64,000 nt of DNA from Mycoplasmatota bacterium (GTDB lineage Bacteria; Bacillota_I; Bacilli_A; MAG-NZ), in NCBI GenBank assembly GCA_018394315.1, contig CP074575.1, positions 806,001 through 870,000 of the forward strand. Direction: 5' to 3'. A model generated the notes under the pieces. That model ran no database searches, was not told the origin of the DNA, and was given only the letters and a program-made list of their open reading frames with translations. Shown piece by piece: positions 11,280 to 23,089 of the stretch (position 1 is its first letter; each line of letters opens with the position of its first letter). Position numbers and translations under genes: made by a program.

Positions 11280-11315
11280 TACGGATTATCAGTGTCAAAA
11301 TTGAAAAGAATATAG

Positions 11316-11344
11316 TTTACATTAATTAGTAACTATGATAAAAT
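11316..11344 (+). promoter_or_regulatory. SigA promoter of the rpsF operon
   Basis: TTTACA-17 bp-TAAAAT with extended TG. Confidence 0.65.
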
Positions 11345-11349
11345 ATTTA

Positions 11350-11405
11350 GGCGAGAAATTCGCACCTTGCTCTCATAAAGAGGGCCATAGACCAGAAGGA
11401 GGAAA
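11350..11405 (+). ncRNA. Probable S6:S18 ribosomal protein leader
   Basis: Upstream of rpsF; GCGA/TCGC hairpin, CCTTGCTCTC...GAGGGC stem, CCTT able to pair with the AAGGAGG RBS. Confidence 0.55.
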
Positions 11406-11409
11406 TTGA

Positions 11410-11685
11410 ATGAAAAAATACGAAGCAATGTACATCATTCAACCTAACTGTATCGAAGAGAACAGAAATGCATTAATTGCAGAACTTAATGGAATCTTCA
11501 CGAACGTTACAGAAGTTGATGAATGGGGTATGCGCGAATTAGCATACGAGATCTTAAAACATACTAGTGGATATTATGTTTTAGCAAAAGTCGAAGCTAC
11601 TGCTGAAGAAGTAGAAGAGTTCGAGCGTGTTTGTAGAATCAGAGAAGATGTTATCAGATTCATGATAGTGAAAGAAGCTGAGTAG
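11410..11685 (+). CDS. rpsF: 30S ribosomal protein S6
   Basis: [17 protein letters not shown]. Confidence 0.97.
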   Translation: MKKYEAMYIIQPNCIEENRNALIAELNGIFTNVTEVDEWGMRELAYEILKHTSGYYVLAKVEATAEEVEEFERVCRIREDVIRFMIVKEAE

Positions 11686-11693
11686 GTGATTAT

Positions 11694-12143
11694 ATGATTA
11701 ATCGAGTTGTATTAGTTGGACGCCTAACTAAGGATCCAGAGCTTAGATATACAAACTCAAACATAGCTGTTGGTACATTTACCCTTGCTGTAAACAGAAA
11801 CTTCGCATCTCAAGATGGAAGTAGAGAAGCTGATTTTATTCAATGTGTTGTTTGGAGAAAACAAGCAGAGAATGTTGGTAAATACTTACATAAAGGAAGC
11901 CTTGCGGGTGTGGATGGACGTATCCAAACAAGAAGCTATGAAACAAATGAAGGAACTCGAAGATATATTACTGAGGTAGTTTGTGATAATGTAAGATTCT
12001 TAGATTCAAGAGAATCAGCGGGACAAAGAGATTTCGCTAGTAAAGATAATCATCAGTCAATCAGTCAGTTTAAAGAAGAAAAGGAAGATCCATTCTTTGC
12101 TTCTAGCAATATAACTATCGATGATGATGATTTACCGTTTTAA
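11694..12143 (+). CDS. ssb: Single-stranded DNA-binding protein
   Basis: [19 protein letters not shown]-terminal DDDLPF. Confidence 0.98.
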   Translation: MINRVVLVGRLTKDPELRYTNSNIAVGTFTLAVNRNFASQDGSREADFIQCVVWRKQAENVGKYLHKGSLAGVDGRIQTRSYETNEGTRRYITEVVCDNVRFLDSRESAGQRDFASKDNHQSISQFKEEKEDPFFASSNITIDDDDLPF

Positions 12144-12155
12144 GGAGGATAAATA

Positions 12156-12386
12156 ATGGAAAGAGGAAATTTTCGTAGAAGACGAAGAAAAGAATGTTTC
12201 TTTACAAAAAATAATGTAAAGCATATTGATTATAAAGATGCAGATTTACTTAGAAAGTATATTTCTGATCGTGGTAAAATCTTACCAAGAAGAATTACTG
12301 GTACGAAAGCTAAATACCAACGAAAATTGGCAACTGCAATTAAAAGAGCTAGACATATGGCATTAATTCCATTTGCTAAACAATAA
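12156..12386 (+). CDS. rpsR: 30S ribosomal protein S18
   Basis: [21 protein letters not shown]. Confidence 0.98.
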   Translation: MERGNFRRRRRKECFFTKNNVKHIDYKDADLLRKYISDRGKILPRRITGTKAKYQRKLATAIKRARHMALIPFAKQ

Positions 12387-12470
12387 TTGATTAAAGTGAT
12401 TTTCAATAGAAAATCATTTTTTTTATCATCTTTAAGTGATATAATATAGAATAATGAGTGAGGTGTTTTC

Positions 12471-14444
12471 ATGAGTAAAAATGGACTTATTAGACTAATA
12501 TTTATTTTTATATTATTAGTTGGGAATATTATAGCAATTTATTTCATACGAACAACAGATCACAAGACTTATTACGTAATTGCTTTAGTTATAATTCTGA
12601 GTGCTCTTTATTTTCTTAATGAAGATGAAGTTAAAAAAAATCAAAATAGGATATTCTGGCTAGAAGATAAACTGAGTCAAATGAATCAAATAACATATCA
12701 AGCAAAGCGTGCAGGAGAGATTTCTTTGAATGAATTTCCTGTCGGTGTTTTTATTTTCGATGATTTTTATGAAATTAAGTGGAGTAATAACTTTGTTTTA
12801 AAGTTGTTTGGTAGTAGTATGATTGGGAAAAAACTTAATTCATTAAGTGAAGAGATTATAAGAAATGTTGAAGAGAGTAATAGTAATTTTATTATAGAAA
12901 TAGGCAATAAGACTATATCATTTGAATATAATCAAGAATTTAGTGTTCTTTATTTTTTTGATATTACTGAAAATGTCAATTTAAATAAAAGGTATTTAAG
13001 TAAACGACTAACATTAGGTTATTTAGCATTAGATAATTTAGATGAAACTCTTGCGAATTTGGATGTACAAGAGCGTACAACAATTCAAGGTAAGTATTTC
13101 TCTAAGGTTGGTGAATGGGCAGATGAATATGATATTTACCTTAAAGCCTTGTCTAGTGAAAAGTTTCAGTTACTTATGGATTACTCACAACTAAAGGATA
13201 TTATTGAAGACGATTTTTCGATTCTTTCTGAGATAAGAAGAATTTCTAATGAAAATCATTATCAAATAACTGGGAGTCTAGGTATTGCGTGTTGGGATGA
13301 GAATTATGTTGAATTAGGAGATAGAGTTAATGAAGCACTAGATATTGCTTTTGACCGAGGTGGCGATCAAGCAGTAGTAAATATCCAAGGACAACCCATT
13401 AGATATTTTGGAGGAGTTTCAGAAACTGTTGAAAAGAGATCAAGAGTTAAAGCTAGAATGGTGTCTGGACAATTACTTGAACTTATTAATCAAAGCGAGA
13501 ATGTTTTAGTGATGTCTCATATACAACCTGATCATGATGCTTTAGGGGCAATGGTAGGTATTATCAAATTAGCTGAATATTTGGGTAAAGAAATTAAGGT
13601 TGTTATTGATGGCGACAATATAGATGTTGCTGTTGAAAAATTATTGTCAAGATTATTAGAAGAAGATGAAAGAATGAACAATATTTTCGTTTCTAAGGAT
13701 CAAGCAAAACAATCTATAACAACTGATACGTTAATTGTTATAGTTGATACAAATAATCCCGCAATTATTTATTCTTCGGAGTTATTAAATAATAATTGTA
13801 AACGAGTAATAATTGATCATCATAGACGTGGTAAGGATATGATTGAGAGAGCAGAACTGATTTATATTGAACCTTATGCTTCAAGTAGTGTAGAGTTAAT
13901 TGTTGAGTTAATGCAATTTTATGAGTCTGAGTTGAATATTTCTTCTACAGAAGCTACATTAATGTACATTGGTATAGTAGTTGATACCAATAATTTCTCT
14001 TATAGAACGGGTTCTCGAACTTTTGATGCAGCATCATTCTTGAGACTATATGGTGCTAATTTGACAAAGGTGAAAATGTATCTAAGAGAGGATTATAATG
14101 ACTACATGACTCAGAGTAGGTTACTATCTGATGCAGAAGTTTATTTAAGAAGATTTGGTTTAATTGTAACTGATGAGATATTATCAAGAGTTTCGTTAGC
14201 AAAGCTTAGTGATAGACTTTTAATGATTGATAATATAGATGCTTCATTTGTAATTGGAAAATTGTCGGAAGACGTTGTGGGAATAACTGCGAGAAGTTTT
14301 GGAGATGTAAACGTTCAAGTGTTGATGGAGAAATTTAATGGTGGAGGACACTTACATAGTGCAGCTGCTCAAATAGAGATGCAAGTTGATGAGTGTTACG
14401 AAGCCTTGAGAGATTTGTTAGATGAATTAGGGGAAGGTGATTAG
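12471..14444 (+). CDS. gdpP: c-di-AMP phosphodiesterase GdpP/YybT
   Basis: Two TM helices, PAS-like region, degenerate GGDEF (RGGDQ), DHH, GGGH; upstream of rplI. Confidence 0.92.
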   Translation: MSKNGLIRLIFIFILLVGNIIAIYFIRTTDHKTYYVIALVIILSALYFLNEDEVKKNQNRIFWLEDKLSQMNQITYQAKRAGEISLNEFPVGVFIFDDFYEIKWSNNFVLKLFGSSMIGKKLNSLSEEIIRNVEESNSNFIIEIGNKTISFEYNQEFSVLYFFDITENVNLNKRYLSKRLTLGYLALDNLDETLANLDVQERTTIQGKYFSKVGEWADEYDIYLKALSSEKFQLLMDYSQLKDIIEDDFSILSEIRRISNENHYQITGSLGIACWDENYVELGDRVNEALDIAFDRGGDQAVVNIQGQPIRYFGGVSETVEKRSRVKARMVSGQLLELINQSENVLVMSHIQPDHDALGAMVGIIKLAEYLGKEIKVVIDGDNIDVAVEKLLSRLLEEDERMNNIFVSKDQAKQSITTDTLIVIVDTNNPAIIYSSELLNNNCKRVIIDHHRRGKDMIERAELIYIEPYASSSVELIVELMQFYESELNISSTEATLMYIGIVVDTNNFSYRTGSRTFDAASFLRLYGANLTKVKMYLREDYNDYMTQSRLLSDAEVYLRRFGLIVTDEILSRVSLAKLSDRLLMIDNIDASFVIGKLSEDVVGITARSFGDVNVQVLMEKFNGGGHLHSAAAQIEMQVDECYEALRDLLDELGEGD

Positions 14445-14445
14445 A

Positions 14446-14886
14446 ATGAAAGTGATTTTATTAGTTGATGTTAAAGGTAAAGGGAAAAAGGGTGACGTTA
14501 TTAATGTAGCTAATGGTTATGCCAATTTTCTTTTTAAGAATAAGCAAGCTATTGTAGCAAATAGTGAAAATGTTAATTTGTTAGAAAAAGAAAAGCAATT
14601 AGTAAAGGATAATGAAGAGAAAAGAATAATGGAAATGAATGAACTTAAAAGTTTTATCGAGGCGAATCCAATTTCTATTAAAGTAAGAACTGGTAAAGAG
14701 GGTAAAGTATTCGGTACAGTTAGTACTAAGCAAGTTGTAAGTGCATATCTTAAAAAATATGATAAAAAGATTGATAAGAAAAAGTTTAAAACTGATGAGA
14801 TAATAAATACTTTAGGTACATATGACTTAAAACTAGAATTACATAAGAAAGTTATTGCTACATTGAAAGTAAGAGTAGAGGAATAA
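14446..14886 (+). CDS. rplI: 50S ribosomal protein L9
   Basis: [21 protein letters not shown]. Confidence 0.97.
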   Translation: MKVILLVDVKGKGKKGDVINVANGYANFLFKNKQAIVANSENVNLLEKEKQLVKDNEEKRIMEMNELKSFIEANPISIKVRTGKEGKVFGTVSTKQVVSAYLKKYDKKIDKKKFKTDEIINTLGTYDLKLELHKKVIATLKVRVEE

Positions 14887-14889
14887 GTC

Positions 14890-16245
14890 ATGAAAAAGAT
14901 GCCTTTTAATTTAGAAGCTGAACAGTGCGTATTAGGCGCTGTTTTAATTGATGAAAATACTATTAGGAGAGTTAGTCAAAGACTAGAAAAAGAAGATTTT
15001 TATAAAGTAGCTCATCAACACATTTTTGATGTGATGGTTTATCTTGATAATCAAGGTACAGATATTGACTATACAACCATCTTAGAAGTTCTTACTAACA
15101 AGGGCTTTGAAAGAGAAGTTGGTGGAATTGATTACTTAGTTGAGCTAAGTAATATTTTACCTACTGCAGAAAATGTTGATAGCTATATTGATATAGTTAA
15201 GAATAAGGCTTTATCAAGACAAATAATATCTATGGCAACTAATATTGCAGAGGCATCATATAAACAAGATATTTCTACTGAGGAATTGATTGAATTAACT
15301 GAAGAGAAAGTCTTTGAGGTTACAAAGAAGAGAAAATCAGCTGATTTTAGAAGAATATCTAGTGTTGTTAAGGATGTAATTGTTGGTATTGAAAAAAATA
15401 AGAACTCCGATGGAGAACTGACGGGTGCTTCAAGTGGATTTGTTGATTTTGATAATTCTACTTTAGGATTGCAAAAAGGTGATTTAATCATTTTAGCAGC
15501 ACGTCCTGCGATGGGGAAAAGTGCATTTGCGATTAATATCGCTTATAATGTTGCTAAACAAGGTAAGCATGTAGCAATATTTTCATTAGAGATGAGTGCT
15601 GAGCAAATTGTTACTAGACTATTAAGTAGTGTATCTACAATTAATAATATGAAGATTAGAAGTGGTAATGTTTCTTCTAAGGAGTGGCAAAAAATAGAAT
15701 TTGCTGGTCATAGTCTAAGTAAATTGAATATATATTTTGATGATGAATCAGGATCTAAAATAACTGACGTTTATGCAAAGTGTAGACAGTTAGCTCAAGA
15801 TGACAAACTTGATTTTATAGTCATTGATTATTTACAATTATTAACTGGATCTGGAAACTATGGTGGAAATAGAGTAGTTGAAGTTTCTGAAATATCAAGA
15901 AAACTAAAAAATCTTGCTCGTGATTTGAATATCCCTGTACTTGCACTTTCACAATTATCTCGTGGGGTTGAGACTAGACAAGACAAAAGACCAAATATGT
16001 CTGATTTACGAGAGTCAGGATCTATTGAGCAGGATGCTGATATCGTTATGTTTTTGTATCGTGACGATTACTATGATGAGGATTCAGCTGAAAAAGGTAA
16101 GGTTGAAGTTGATATAAAGAAAAACCGTTCAGGTAGTATCAATAAATTTGAAGTATTATTTGCGAAAGAAATAGGTTTGTTTAAGAATTTGAGCAGAGTA
16201 CCTAGAGAACCGCAGGGGAAGGACAGAAGTGATTTTGATTTCTAG
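14890..16245 (+). CDS. dnaB: Replicative DNA helicase
   Basis: AARPAMGKS, IDYLQL, LSQLSR, DLRESGSIEQDAD. Confidence 0.98.
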   Translation: MKKMPFNLEAEQCVLGAVLIDENTIRRVSQRLEKEDFYKVAHQHIFDVMVYLDNQGTDIDYTTILEVLTNKGFEREVGGIDYLVELSNILPTAENVDSYIDIVKNKALSRQIISMATNIAEASYKQDISTEELIELTEEKVFEVTKKRKSADFRRISSVVKDVIVGIEKNKNSDGELTGASSGFVDFDNSTLGLQKGDLIILAARPAMGKSAFAINIAYNVAKQGKHVAIFSLEMSAEQIVTRLLSSVSTINNMKIRSGNVSSKEWQKIEFAGHSLSKLNIYFDDESGSKITDVYAKCRQLAQDDKLDFIVIDYLQLLTGSGNYGGNRVVEVSEISRKLKNLARDLNIPVLALSQLSRGVETRQDKRPNMSDLRESGSIEQDADIVMFLYRDDYYDEDSAEKGKVEVDIKKNRSGSINKFEVLFAKEIGLFKNLSRVPREPQGKDRSDFDF

Positions 16246-16253
16246 GTGAAGTA

Positions 16254-17609
16254 ATGAAAAAGAATGATTTAACTCAAGGAAATATACTGAAAAAAATATT
16301 GTTAGTGGCAATTCCTGCCGTATTAACATCTTTAGTTCAGATGACATATAATTTAACTGATATGTTTTGGATATCTCAAGTAACAAACATTGGAATTGAT
16401 AATACAAAAGCATTAGCTGCGGTAGGTACCGCAGGATATTATTTATGGTTTGGTTTTGGGATTATTCTACTAATTAAAATAGGTTTAGATGCATTTGTAC
16501 CACAATGCGTTGGAAAGAATGATGAGTTGACTTTGAATGAATATGTGGTCAGTGGGATATTATTTATTCTCGCATTAGCATTTATTTATAGTATGATAGG
16601 GTACTTTTTTAAGGATACTATAATTGGTATATTTAACTTAGAGGACCCGGTAGTTGTAAAGTATGCGGTAAGTTATTTATCTATAATGTCTTTATTCATA
16701 TACTTTCATTTTTTAAATCCAGTGATTGCTTCTATTTTTAATGGATTAGGTAAGACGGTTGTACCGTTTGTTATTAGTTCAGTAGGTGTTTTACTTAACA
16801 TAGTTATAGATCCAATATTTATTATTACGTTTAAGATGGGAGTAAGTGGCGCTGCAATTGCTACTGTTATATCTCAAGGAGTAGTAACTATCATTTTCAT
16901 CGTCTTATTTATTTCAAATAAACGACCAATAAAGCTTAATTTTACTAAATTTAGATTAAGTAGGGTCAAAGAAATTATAAAAGTAAGTTTTCCTATATCA
17001 GTCCAAAGCATTTTTTTTACTTCTATTGCCTTATATTTAGCTGTGATAGTTGCATCATTTGGAAATGAGGCACTAGCCACACAGAGGATAGGAACGCAAA
17101 TTGAGTCACTTGCATGGATGGTTGCAGGAGGATTTAGTGTTGCTTTGGCAGCATTTGTAGGACAAAATATTGGGGCAAAAAAATATGATAGAATTGAAGA
17201 AGGATATTTTAAAGCACTTAAACCCATAATCATATATGGAATGTTAGTAAGTACTTTACTATATACAGGTAGTTCCTATTTGTATAAAATATTTAACCCA
17301 AGTAATGAAGTATTACGGTTAGGTACTGAGTATTTAAAAATATTAGGTATTTCACAACTATTTATGGTAATTGAAATAGCTACTCAAGGAGCATTTAATG
17401 GTGCTGGGAAGAACTTTCCTCCATCAATTATTGGTATCATTTTTAACGCCATAAGAATACCAGCAGCTATCTTATTAGCAAAAGAGTATGGAATATCTGG
17501 TGTATGGTGGGCAATAACAATATCTTCAGTATTTAAAGGTATAATCCTTCTATTATGGTGGATATTATTTATGAAAAAACGAAGATATGTTAGAATAGAA
17601 ACAAAATGA
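16254..17609 (+). CDS. MATE family efflux transporter
   Basis: DLTQG, YNLTD, NIVIDP and GQNIGAK motifs; about 12 hydrophobic segments. Confidence 0.92.
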   Translation: MKKNDLTQGNILKKILLVAIPAVLTSLVQMTYNLTDMFWISQVTNIGIDNTKALAAVGTAGYYLWFGFGIILLIKIGLDAFVPQCVGKNDELTLNEYVVSGILFILALAFIYSMIGYFFKDTIIGIFNLEDPVVVKYAVSYLSIMSLFIYFHFLNPVIASIFNGLGKTVVPFVISSVGVLLNIVIDPIFIITFKMGVSGAAIATVISQGVVTIIFIVLFISNKRPIKLNFTKFRLSRVKEIIKVSFPISVQSIFFTSIALYLAVIVASFGNEALATQRIGTQIESLAWMVAGGFSVALAAFVGQNIGAKKYDRIEEGYFKALKPIIIYGMLVSTLLYTGSSYLYKIFNPSNEVLRLGTEYLKILGISQLFMVIEIATQGAFNGAGKNFPPSIIGIIFNAIRIPAAILLAKEYGISGVWWAITISSVFKGIILLLWWILFMKKRRYVRIETK

Positions 17610-17711
17610 ATATGTTATTTAAATTATTGGAGGTTACAATGTTTGAGTTGGTGCAATTTTATTAGGTTATCATGATTCAAAGTTTTAATAAATATAATTA
17701 TGGAGGGAATC

Positions 17712-18773
17712 ATGTTAGATAGACTAAAAGCAATAGAAAAAAGATATTTGGAGATTAATGAAAAACTTATGAGCCCAGATATCGTTAAAAATATTAAAAG
17801 TATGACAGAATTATCAAAGGAACAACGCTCTTTGGAAGAGACTGTAAATTTATATAGAGAATATGTAAAAGTATTAGATGAAATTGAGTCTTTAAAAGAG
17901 ATGACGAAGGATGAAGATGTTGAAATAAGAGATATGGCGGAAATAGAATTATCCGAACTTAAAGATAAGCCAAGGATAATTGAAGAAAAACTGCAAGTAC
18001 TTCTTATACCAAAAGATCCAAACGATGAGAAGAACGTTATTGTTGAGATTCGAGGTGCCGCAGGTGGAGATGAAGCAAATATATTCGCAGGTGATTTATA
18101 TAGAATGTACACTAAGTTTGCTGAGCAAAAAGGTTGGAAATTAGAGGTTTTAAACTCTGAGGAATCAGGAACGGGTGGATTTAGTAAAATAGAGTTCTTA
18201 GTTTCAGGTGATGGAATATATTCTCAAATGAAATATGAGTCAGGGGCTCACCGTGTTCAAAGAGTTCCTCAAACTGAATCTCAAGGAAGAGTTCATACTT
18301 CAACTGCAACCGTATTAATAATGCCAGAAGCTGAAGAAGTAGAAGTAGATTTGGACATGAATGATGTACGTGTCGATACATTTTGTTCTAGTGGACCTGG
18401 AGGTCAAAGCGTAAATACTACTAAGTCTGCGGTAAGAGTTACTCATGAGCCGACTGGAATTGTTGCAAGTTGCCAGGATGGTAAAAGTCAACATGAGAAT
18501 AAAGCGAGCGCATTAAGAATATTACGTACTAGAATCTACGATGCAGCGATGCAGGCAAAGCTTGCTGAAGAAGGTGCTGAGAGAAGAAGTAAAATCGGTA
18601 CTGGTGATAGAAGTGAAAAGATTAGAACATATAATTATCCACAAAATAGAGTGACTGACCATAGGATTGGATTTAGTATTCTTCAACTTGATCGAGTTAT
18701 GGAAGGTAAGGTTTCACCTATAGTAAATGCTTTAATAGCAGAAGAGCAAGAAAGAAAACTTAAGGGAGAATAA
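17712..18773 (+). CDS. prfA: Peptide chain release factor 1
   Basis: GGQ motif, PxT (PQT) anticodon motif, RTYNYPQNRVTDHR. Confidence 0.98.
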   Translation: MLDRLKAIEKRYLEINEKLMSPDIVKNIKSMTELSKEQRSLEETVNLYREYVKVLDEIESLKEMTKDEDVEIRDMAEIELSELKDKPRIIEEKLQVLLIPKDPNDEKNVIVEIRGAAGGDEANIFAGDLYRMYTKFAEQKGWKLEVLNSEESGTGGFSKIEFLVSGDGIYSQMKYESGAHRVQRVPQTESQGRVHTSTATVLIMPEAEEVEVDLDMNDVRVDTFCSSGPGGQSVNTTKSAVRVTHEPTGIVASCQDGKSQHENKASALRILRTRIYDAAMQAKLAEEGAERRSKIGTGDRSEKIRTYNYPQNRVTDHRIGFSILQLDRVMEGKVSPIVNALIAEEQERKLKGE

Positions 18774-18802
18774 TTCTCTCTTTTAAGAATTTGGGGTGAG
18801 TT

Positions 18803-19648
18803 ATGAAATACTTTGAATTGCTTAATCATGGAACAAACCTTTGTAATGATAATAAAAAAGAAGATAGTGTGGTGAAAATCCTACTATTAGATGCTTCAAA
18901 GATGGAGAGTCACTTGTTGTTGGCGAATCTAAATGAAGAAGCCCCAAGAGAAATTGAGAATAAATTCATTCAAAATCTGAACAAGTTTATTTTTGAGAAT
19001 ATTCCTATTCAACACTTAACTGGAGTAGAATACTTTTTTGGATACGAGTTTATTGTAAACGATTCTGTACTAATTCCTAGATTTGAGACTGAAGAGTTAG
19101 TTAGTAATTTATTATACACTTATGATGAAGTCTTTGGTGGGAGTGCTGTGGATGTAGTTGACGTTGGAACTGGATCAGGGGCGATAGCAATTAGTTTAGA
19201 TTTAGAAGAAAAAAATATGAATGTAGTTGCGACTGATATTAGTAGTGATGCATTAGAAGTTGCAAAAGATAACAATAAGAAATTAGGTTCTAGTGTTGAA
19301 TTTATTTTAGGGGATATGTTAGAGCCATTATATGGTAGGAAATTTGATATTTTAGTATCTAACCCACCTTATATTCCATCAGATGAGGTGGTCGACCCAT
19401 TAGTTTTTGATAACGAACCACATATAGCATTGTTCGGTGGAAGTGATGGATTAAAATTTTATCGTAAGATATTAGAAGAATCTCATAAAATATTAAGGGT
19501 TCCTAATGTTATCGCTTTTGAGCATGCATATGATAAGGGATATGAAATGAATGAGTTAGTAAAATCTTTCTTTCCTAATTCAGAAATAAGACTTCTTAAG
19601 GATTTGCAAGGGAAAGATAGAATGACTATTATTATAAATTGGAGGTAA
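18803..19648 (+). CDS. prmC: Release factor glutamine methyltransferase
   Basis: VLIPRFETE, DVGTGSG, NPPY. Confidence 0.97.
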   Translation: MKYFELLNHGTNLCNDNKKEDSVVKILLLDASKMESHLLLANLNEEAPREIENKFIQNLNKFIFENIPIQHLTGVEYFFGYEFIVNDSVLIPRFETEELVSNLLYTYDEVFGGSAVDVVDVGTGSGAIAISLDLEEKNMNVVATDISSDALEVAKDNNKKLGSSVEFILGDMLEPLYGRKFDILVSNPPYIPSDEVVDPLVFDNEPHIALFGGSDGLKFYRKILEESHKILRVPNVIAFEHAYDKGYEMNELVKSFFPNSEIRLLKDLQGKDRMTIIINWR

Positions 19649-19650
19649 AA

Positions 19651-19962
19651 ATGGAAAAACTCACAGGTATTTTTATTGGTAACATATGGTTTGTGATAGG
19701 ATTGATTTGGTTTTTGAAGAGAATCGGAGGTAAGAGCAACTCATCAGCAAAACCCAATATTAGAAATAATATTGAAAGAGTTTCAAGAGAAACTAATATT
19801 TCAAGCACAAGTAGTGTTAATAAGGTACTAGAAAATCCAGGAATTGAACAAGCAAGTCTTAATTCTTCAGAGGATCTTAAAAATTTATACAAAGCAGGTA
19901 TTATTTCTAAAAAAGAGCTAAGAGAGCAAATGAGTCGCCGTCATGAAAAAAATAAGTATTAA
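19651..19962 (+). CDS. Small membrane-anchored hypothetical protein with SHOCT-like C-terminus
   Basis: One N-terminal TM; LKNLYKAGIISKKE; GGAGG RBS. Confidence 0.6.
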   Translation: MEKLTGIFIGNIWFVIGLIWFLKRIGGKSNSSAKPNIRNNIERVSRETNISSTSSVNKVLENPGIEQASLNSSEDLKNLYKAGIISKKELREQMSRRHEKNKY

Positions 19963-20536
19963 GAGTTTAAATTCCTTCAATCTAGAAGGTAAAATTATTG
20001 CCTTTCCTACTGATACTATTTATGGTGTTGGAGCATTGATTAATGATAAGATAGGAATTGATAAGATATATTCAATCAAAAATAGAGATTACTCAAAGCC
20101 TCTTGCAGTTTTAATTAGTGATCTATCTGAATTACCTAATTTAATTGAAGATCCTGAATTAGTTGAGAAGGTTAGTAACTTTTGGCCTGGTCCTATAACG
20201 TTTATCTTTAAAAAGAAAAACGTGCCTAGTTTTATTACTAGTGGCCTTAATACAGTTGGGATACGAATTCCTAATAGTGAAGTTGCTTTAAGTGTTCTTA
20301 AAAGATATGGACCACTTGCGGTCACTAGTGTGAATCTATCTGGTGAACATAGTGCTAAAAATATTGAAGAAGTAATGGAATTTGATATTGACTATGTAAT
20401 AACTGAAAAAGAGAATAGTATTGACATTGCATCTACAATTGTTGATATTTCCACAAATCCTCCTTTATTATTACGAGAAGGAGCAATATCTTATAAGGAT
20501 TTACAAAGTGAATTTCCAAATATTAGGAAAAACTGA
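19943..20536 (+). CDS. tsaC: Threonylcarbamoyl-AMP synthase (Sua5/YwlC/TsaC)
   Basis: PTDTIYG, IKNR..KPL, WPGP, TSVNLSG. Confidence 0.93.
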   Translation: MKKISIKSLNSFNLEGKIIAFPTDTIYGVGALINDKIGIDKIYSIKNRDYSKPLAVLISDLSELPNLIEDPELVEKVSNFWPGPITFIFKKKNVPSFITSGLNTVGIRIPNSEVALSVLKRYGPLAVTSVNLSGEHSAKNIEEVMEFDIDYVITEKENSIDIASTIVDISTNPPLLLREGAISYKDLQSEFPNIRKN

Positions 20537-20563
20537 ATAGTTTATAGACACCTGGACAAGTTA
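20535..20563 (+). promoter_or_regulatory. Possible SigF-type promoter of spoIIR
   Basis: GAATA-14 bp-GGACAAGTTA; same layout as upstream of spoIIQ. Confidence 0.4.
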
Positions 20564-20585
20564 TTCTTGAGGCAGGTGTTTTTTT

Positions 20586-21071
20586 ATGAAATATATAGTG
20601 ATCTTATTAATCCTCCTTGCAGTTGTCTTTAAAACTAATTCTACTGAGGAAGAGGAGTTTAGAGTTAGAATCATTGCTAATAGTAATTCAGAATATGATC
20701 AAATGATTAAACAAGAAGTAAAAAAAAACATATTAAGTACATTATCTAAGGTAAGCGATGATAAAGTAGAGTTTATTGTCTCTAATCCAAAGTTAATTGA
20801 CCTTGTTGTTTCTGATACTACTGAGGAAGCTGGTTATAACTACGATATAAGTTATGGGGAAAATTATTTTCCTACCAAAACAATTGAAGGGATAATGTAT
20901 CCGAGCGGACATTATCAGTCTCTTGTGATCACTCTTGGAAGTGGTTTAGGTGAAAATTATTGGTGTATATTATATCCCAACGCTGTGGAAAATGGAGAAA
21001 ATGTTGAATATAAAATATATCTATTTGAGAAGCTTAAGTCATATTTTAGTAATTCTAAAAATAACATATAA
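20586..21071 (+). CDS. spoIIR: Stage II sporulation protein R
   Basis: RIIANSNS.DQ.IK, FPTK...YPSG.Y, G.GENYWCILYP. Confidence 0.93.
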   Translation: MKYIVILLILLAVVFKTNSTEEEEFRVRIIANSNSEYDQMIKQEVKKNILSTLSKVSDDKVEFIVSNPKLIDLVVSDTTEEAGYNYDISYGENYFPTKTIEGIMYPSGHYQSLVITLGSGLGENYWCILYPNAVENGENVEYKIYLFEKLKSYFSNSKNNI

Positions 21072-21084
21072 AAAGGGGGGTTAA

Positions 21085-21522
21085 ATGTACAGTATAAAGA
21101 GGGTGAATTCGGAAGAAGGAGTAAAACTGAAAGAAAGTGTAATAGAATTTTTGGAACAGATTCCTACAGTCGAATCAATAGACGATGATGTAGTGGAAAA
21201 TGCATCGGTCTTGTTTGAAGATGACAAAGTTCTAGGAATACTATCTTATGAGAAATTTACGAATTATGGGTTGATAAGATATTTTATTTTTAAAAGTGTG
21301 ATTTCTAATGATCACATATTTGAGTTACTTAATGATGTGATAGAATCTGCTAGAAGTAATGATATTGATTCTTTGTTTTCTGTTATTAATAAAAAAGAAA
21401 TTGAGAACTTTTTTGGAGAACTTGGTTTCGATAAGGTTGATAAATCAAAATTTGTAATAGACGAAGAAAATTTTCTTGATTCCCAATATAAAGATGCAAA
21501 CATCATGTTATGTAAGATATAA
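21085..21522 (+). CDS. YwlB-like / GNAT-fold protein
   Basis: GILSYEKF..YGLIRYF; follows spoIIR as ywlB does in Bacillus. Confidence 0.65.
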   Translation: MYSIKRVNSEEGVKLKESVIEFLEQIPTVESIDDDVVENASVLFEDDKVLGILSYEKFTNYGLIRYFIFKSVISNDHIFELLNDVIESARSNDIDSLFSVINKKEIENFFGELGFDKVDKSKFVIDEENFLDSQYKDANIMLCKI

Positions 21523-21805
21523 TCTATAAGCTTTAATTTGGCACTTCTACGAAGTGCTATTTTTTTAGCTATTAAAATTTATAACACTAAAAAACTAACT
21601 AATTTAATTTTCCTTGTGTATTTTTATAAGTATACGGTGAAAACTAAGAGTTGAAAGGCGATTCGATTGGATATTTTAACATATTTTGGTAATATAAGAA
21701 TACTAGAATTTTGGGTTTTGCATAGACTAGTTCGCATACAAAATAATTTATATTTTAATTGAATAATTTTATGAATTATGATAAAATCTTTGAGAGGTAA
21801 ATTAG

Positions 21806-22237
21806 ATGAGAATAGTAATTGGATGTGACCATGGTGGTTACGTATTAAAAAAGAAAATAATTGCCTACTTAGAGGAAAACAACATTACTTTTGAAGATGT
21901 TGGGAGTTATTCCGAAGAGAGTGTTGATTATCCGGAATATGCGAGAAAAGTTGCAAAAAAAGTTACTTCGGGCAAGTTTGACCGAGGTATTTTGTTATGT
22001 GGAACTGGTATTGGCATTAGTATAGCAGCTAATAAGGTTAAAGGAGCCAGATGTGCATTAGTTCATGATGTAGAAAGCGCGTCGCTAACTAGACAACACA
22101 ATGATTCAAACATTCTAGCGATGGGTGGAAGAATAGTTGACCATAATTTAGCTTTGGAAATTGTAAAGATATGGCTCTCAACTGATTTTGAAGGTGGGAG
22201 ACATTTAAGAAGAGTTAATTCAATCGAGGAGGTCTAG
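21806..22237 (+). CDS. rpiB: Ribose 5-phosphate isomerase B
   Basis: GCDHGG, DYP, CGTGIG, HNDSN, FEGGRH. Confidence 0.96.
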   Translation: MRIVIGCDHGGYVLKKKIIAYLEENNITFEDVGSYSEESVDYPEYARKVAKKVTSGKFDRGILLCGTGIGISIAANKVKGARCALVHDVESASLTRQHNDSNILAMGGRIVDHNLALEIVKIWLSTDFEGGRHLRRVNSIEEV

Positions 22238-22238
22238 C

Positions 22239-22865
22239 ATGGGCAAATTAGTAATAGTTGATCATCCACTTATTGATCATAAGCTAAAAATTATTAGAGA
22301 TGAAACAACTGGTACAAAAGATTTTAGACAAGCTGTTAACGAAGTTGGTGGTTTAATGGCATATGAAGTAACAAGGGATTTACCAACAAAGGAAGTAAGG
22401 GTTAAAACACCTATTTGTGAAACTACGTCTAGAGTATTAGCTAAAGAAGTCGTAATAGTTCCAATTTTAAGAGCAGGTATAGGAATGGTAGATGGTATCC
22501 ATAACTTAATTCCTATTGCAAAGATTGGTCATATCGGTATGTATAGAGATGAGGAAACACTTGTACCAAATGAGTACTACGCTAAATTTCCTGAAGAAAT
22601 GCCAGAAAGCGCAGTACTATTAGTAGATCCAATGATTGCTACAGGTGGTAGTGTTGTCATGGCTATCGACGCTATCAAGAAAAGAGGCGCAAAAGATATA
22701 CGTTTAGTTGGTTTAGTAGCTGCACCTGAAGGTGTTAAAAGAATCAATGAGGAACACCCAGATGTAGATATTTATGTCGCAGCGTTGGATGAAAAATTAA
22801 ATGACGTTGGATATATAGTTCCTGGTCTTGGTGACTGCGGAGATAGGTTATTTGGTACTAAATAA
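22239..22865 (+). CDS. upp: Uracil phosphoribosyltransferase
   Basis: [27 protein letters not shown]. Confidence 0.98.
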   Translation: MGKLVIVDHPLIDHKLKIIRDETTGTKDFRQAVNEVGGLMAYEVTRDLPTKEVRVKTPICETTSRVLAKEVVIVPILRAGIGMVDGIHNLIPIAKIGHIGMYRDEETLVPNEYYAKFPEEMPESAVLLVDPMIATGGSVVMAIDAIKKRGAKDIRLVGLVAAPEGVKRINEEHPDVDIYVAALDEKLNDVGYIVPGLGDCGDRLFGTK

Positions 22866-23089
22866 TGAAAATCAGAAAAGGGTTTAAGCTTTATGCTATA
22901 GTAACTCAATATTTAATGCAGACGGTTGCATTGGTAGTATTTGGTGTCTATTTTGGCAGTAAGTTAGATATCAAGTATGGAACTGAAAACCTCTACAGTG
23001 GATTGCTTGGAATTCTAGGTATCTTCGTAGGGCTTATTACGTTTGCAATATTTGTATATAGATACGGTGATAAAAATGGAAAAAAATAA
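22865..23089 (+). CDS. AtpZ/AtpI-family small membrane protein
   Basis: Two TM segments with G..LD motif; first gene of the atp operon. Confidence 0.75.
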   Translation: MKIRKGFKLYAIVTQYLMQTVALVVFGVYFGSKLDIKYGTENLYSGLLGILGIFVGLITFAIFVYRYGDKNGKK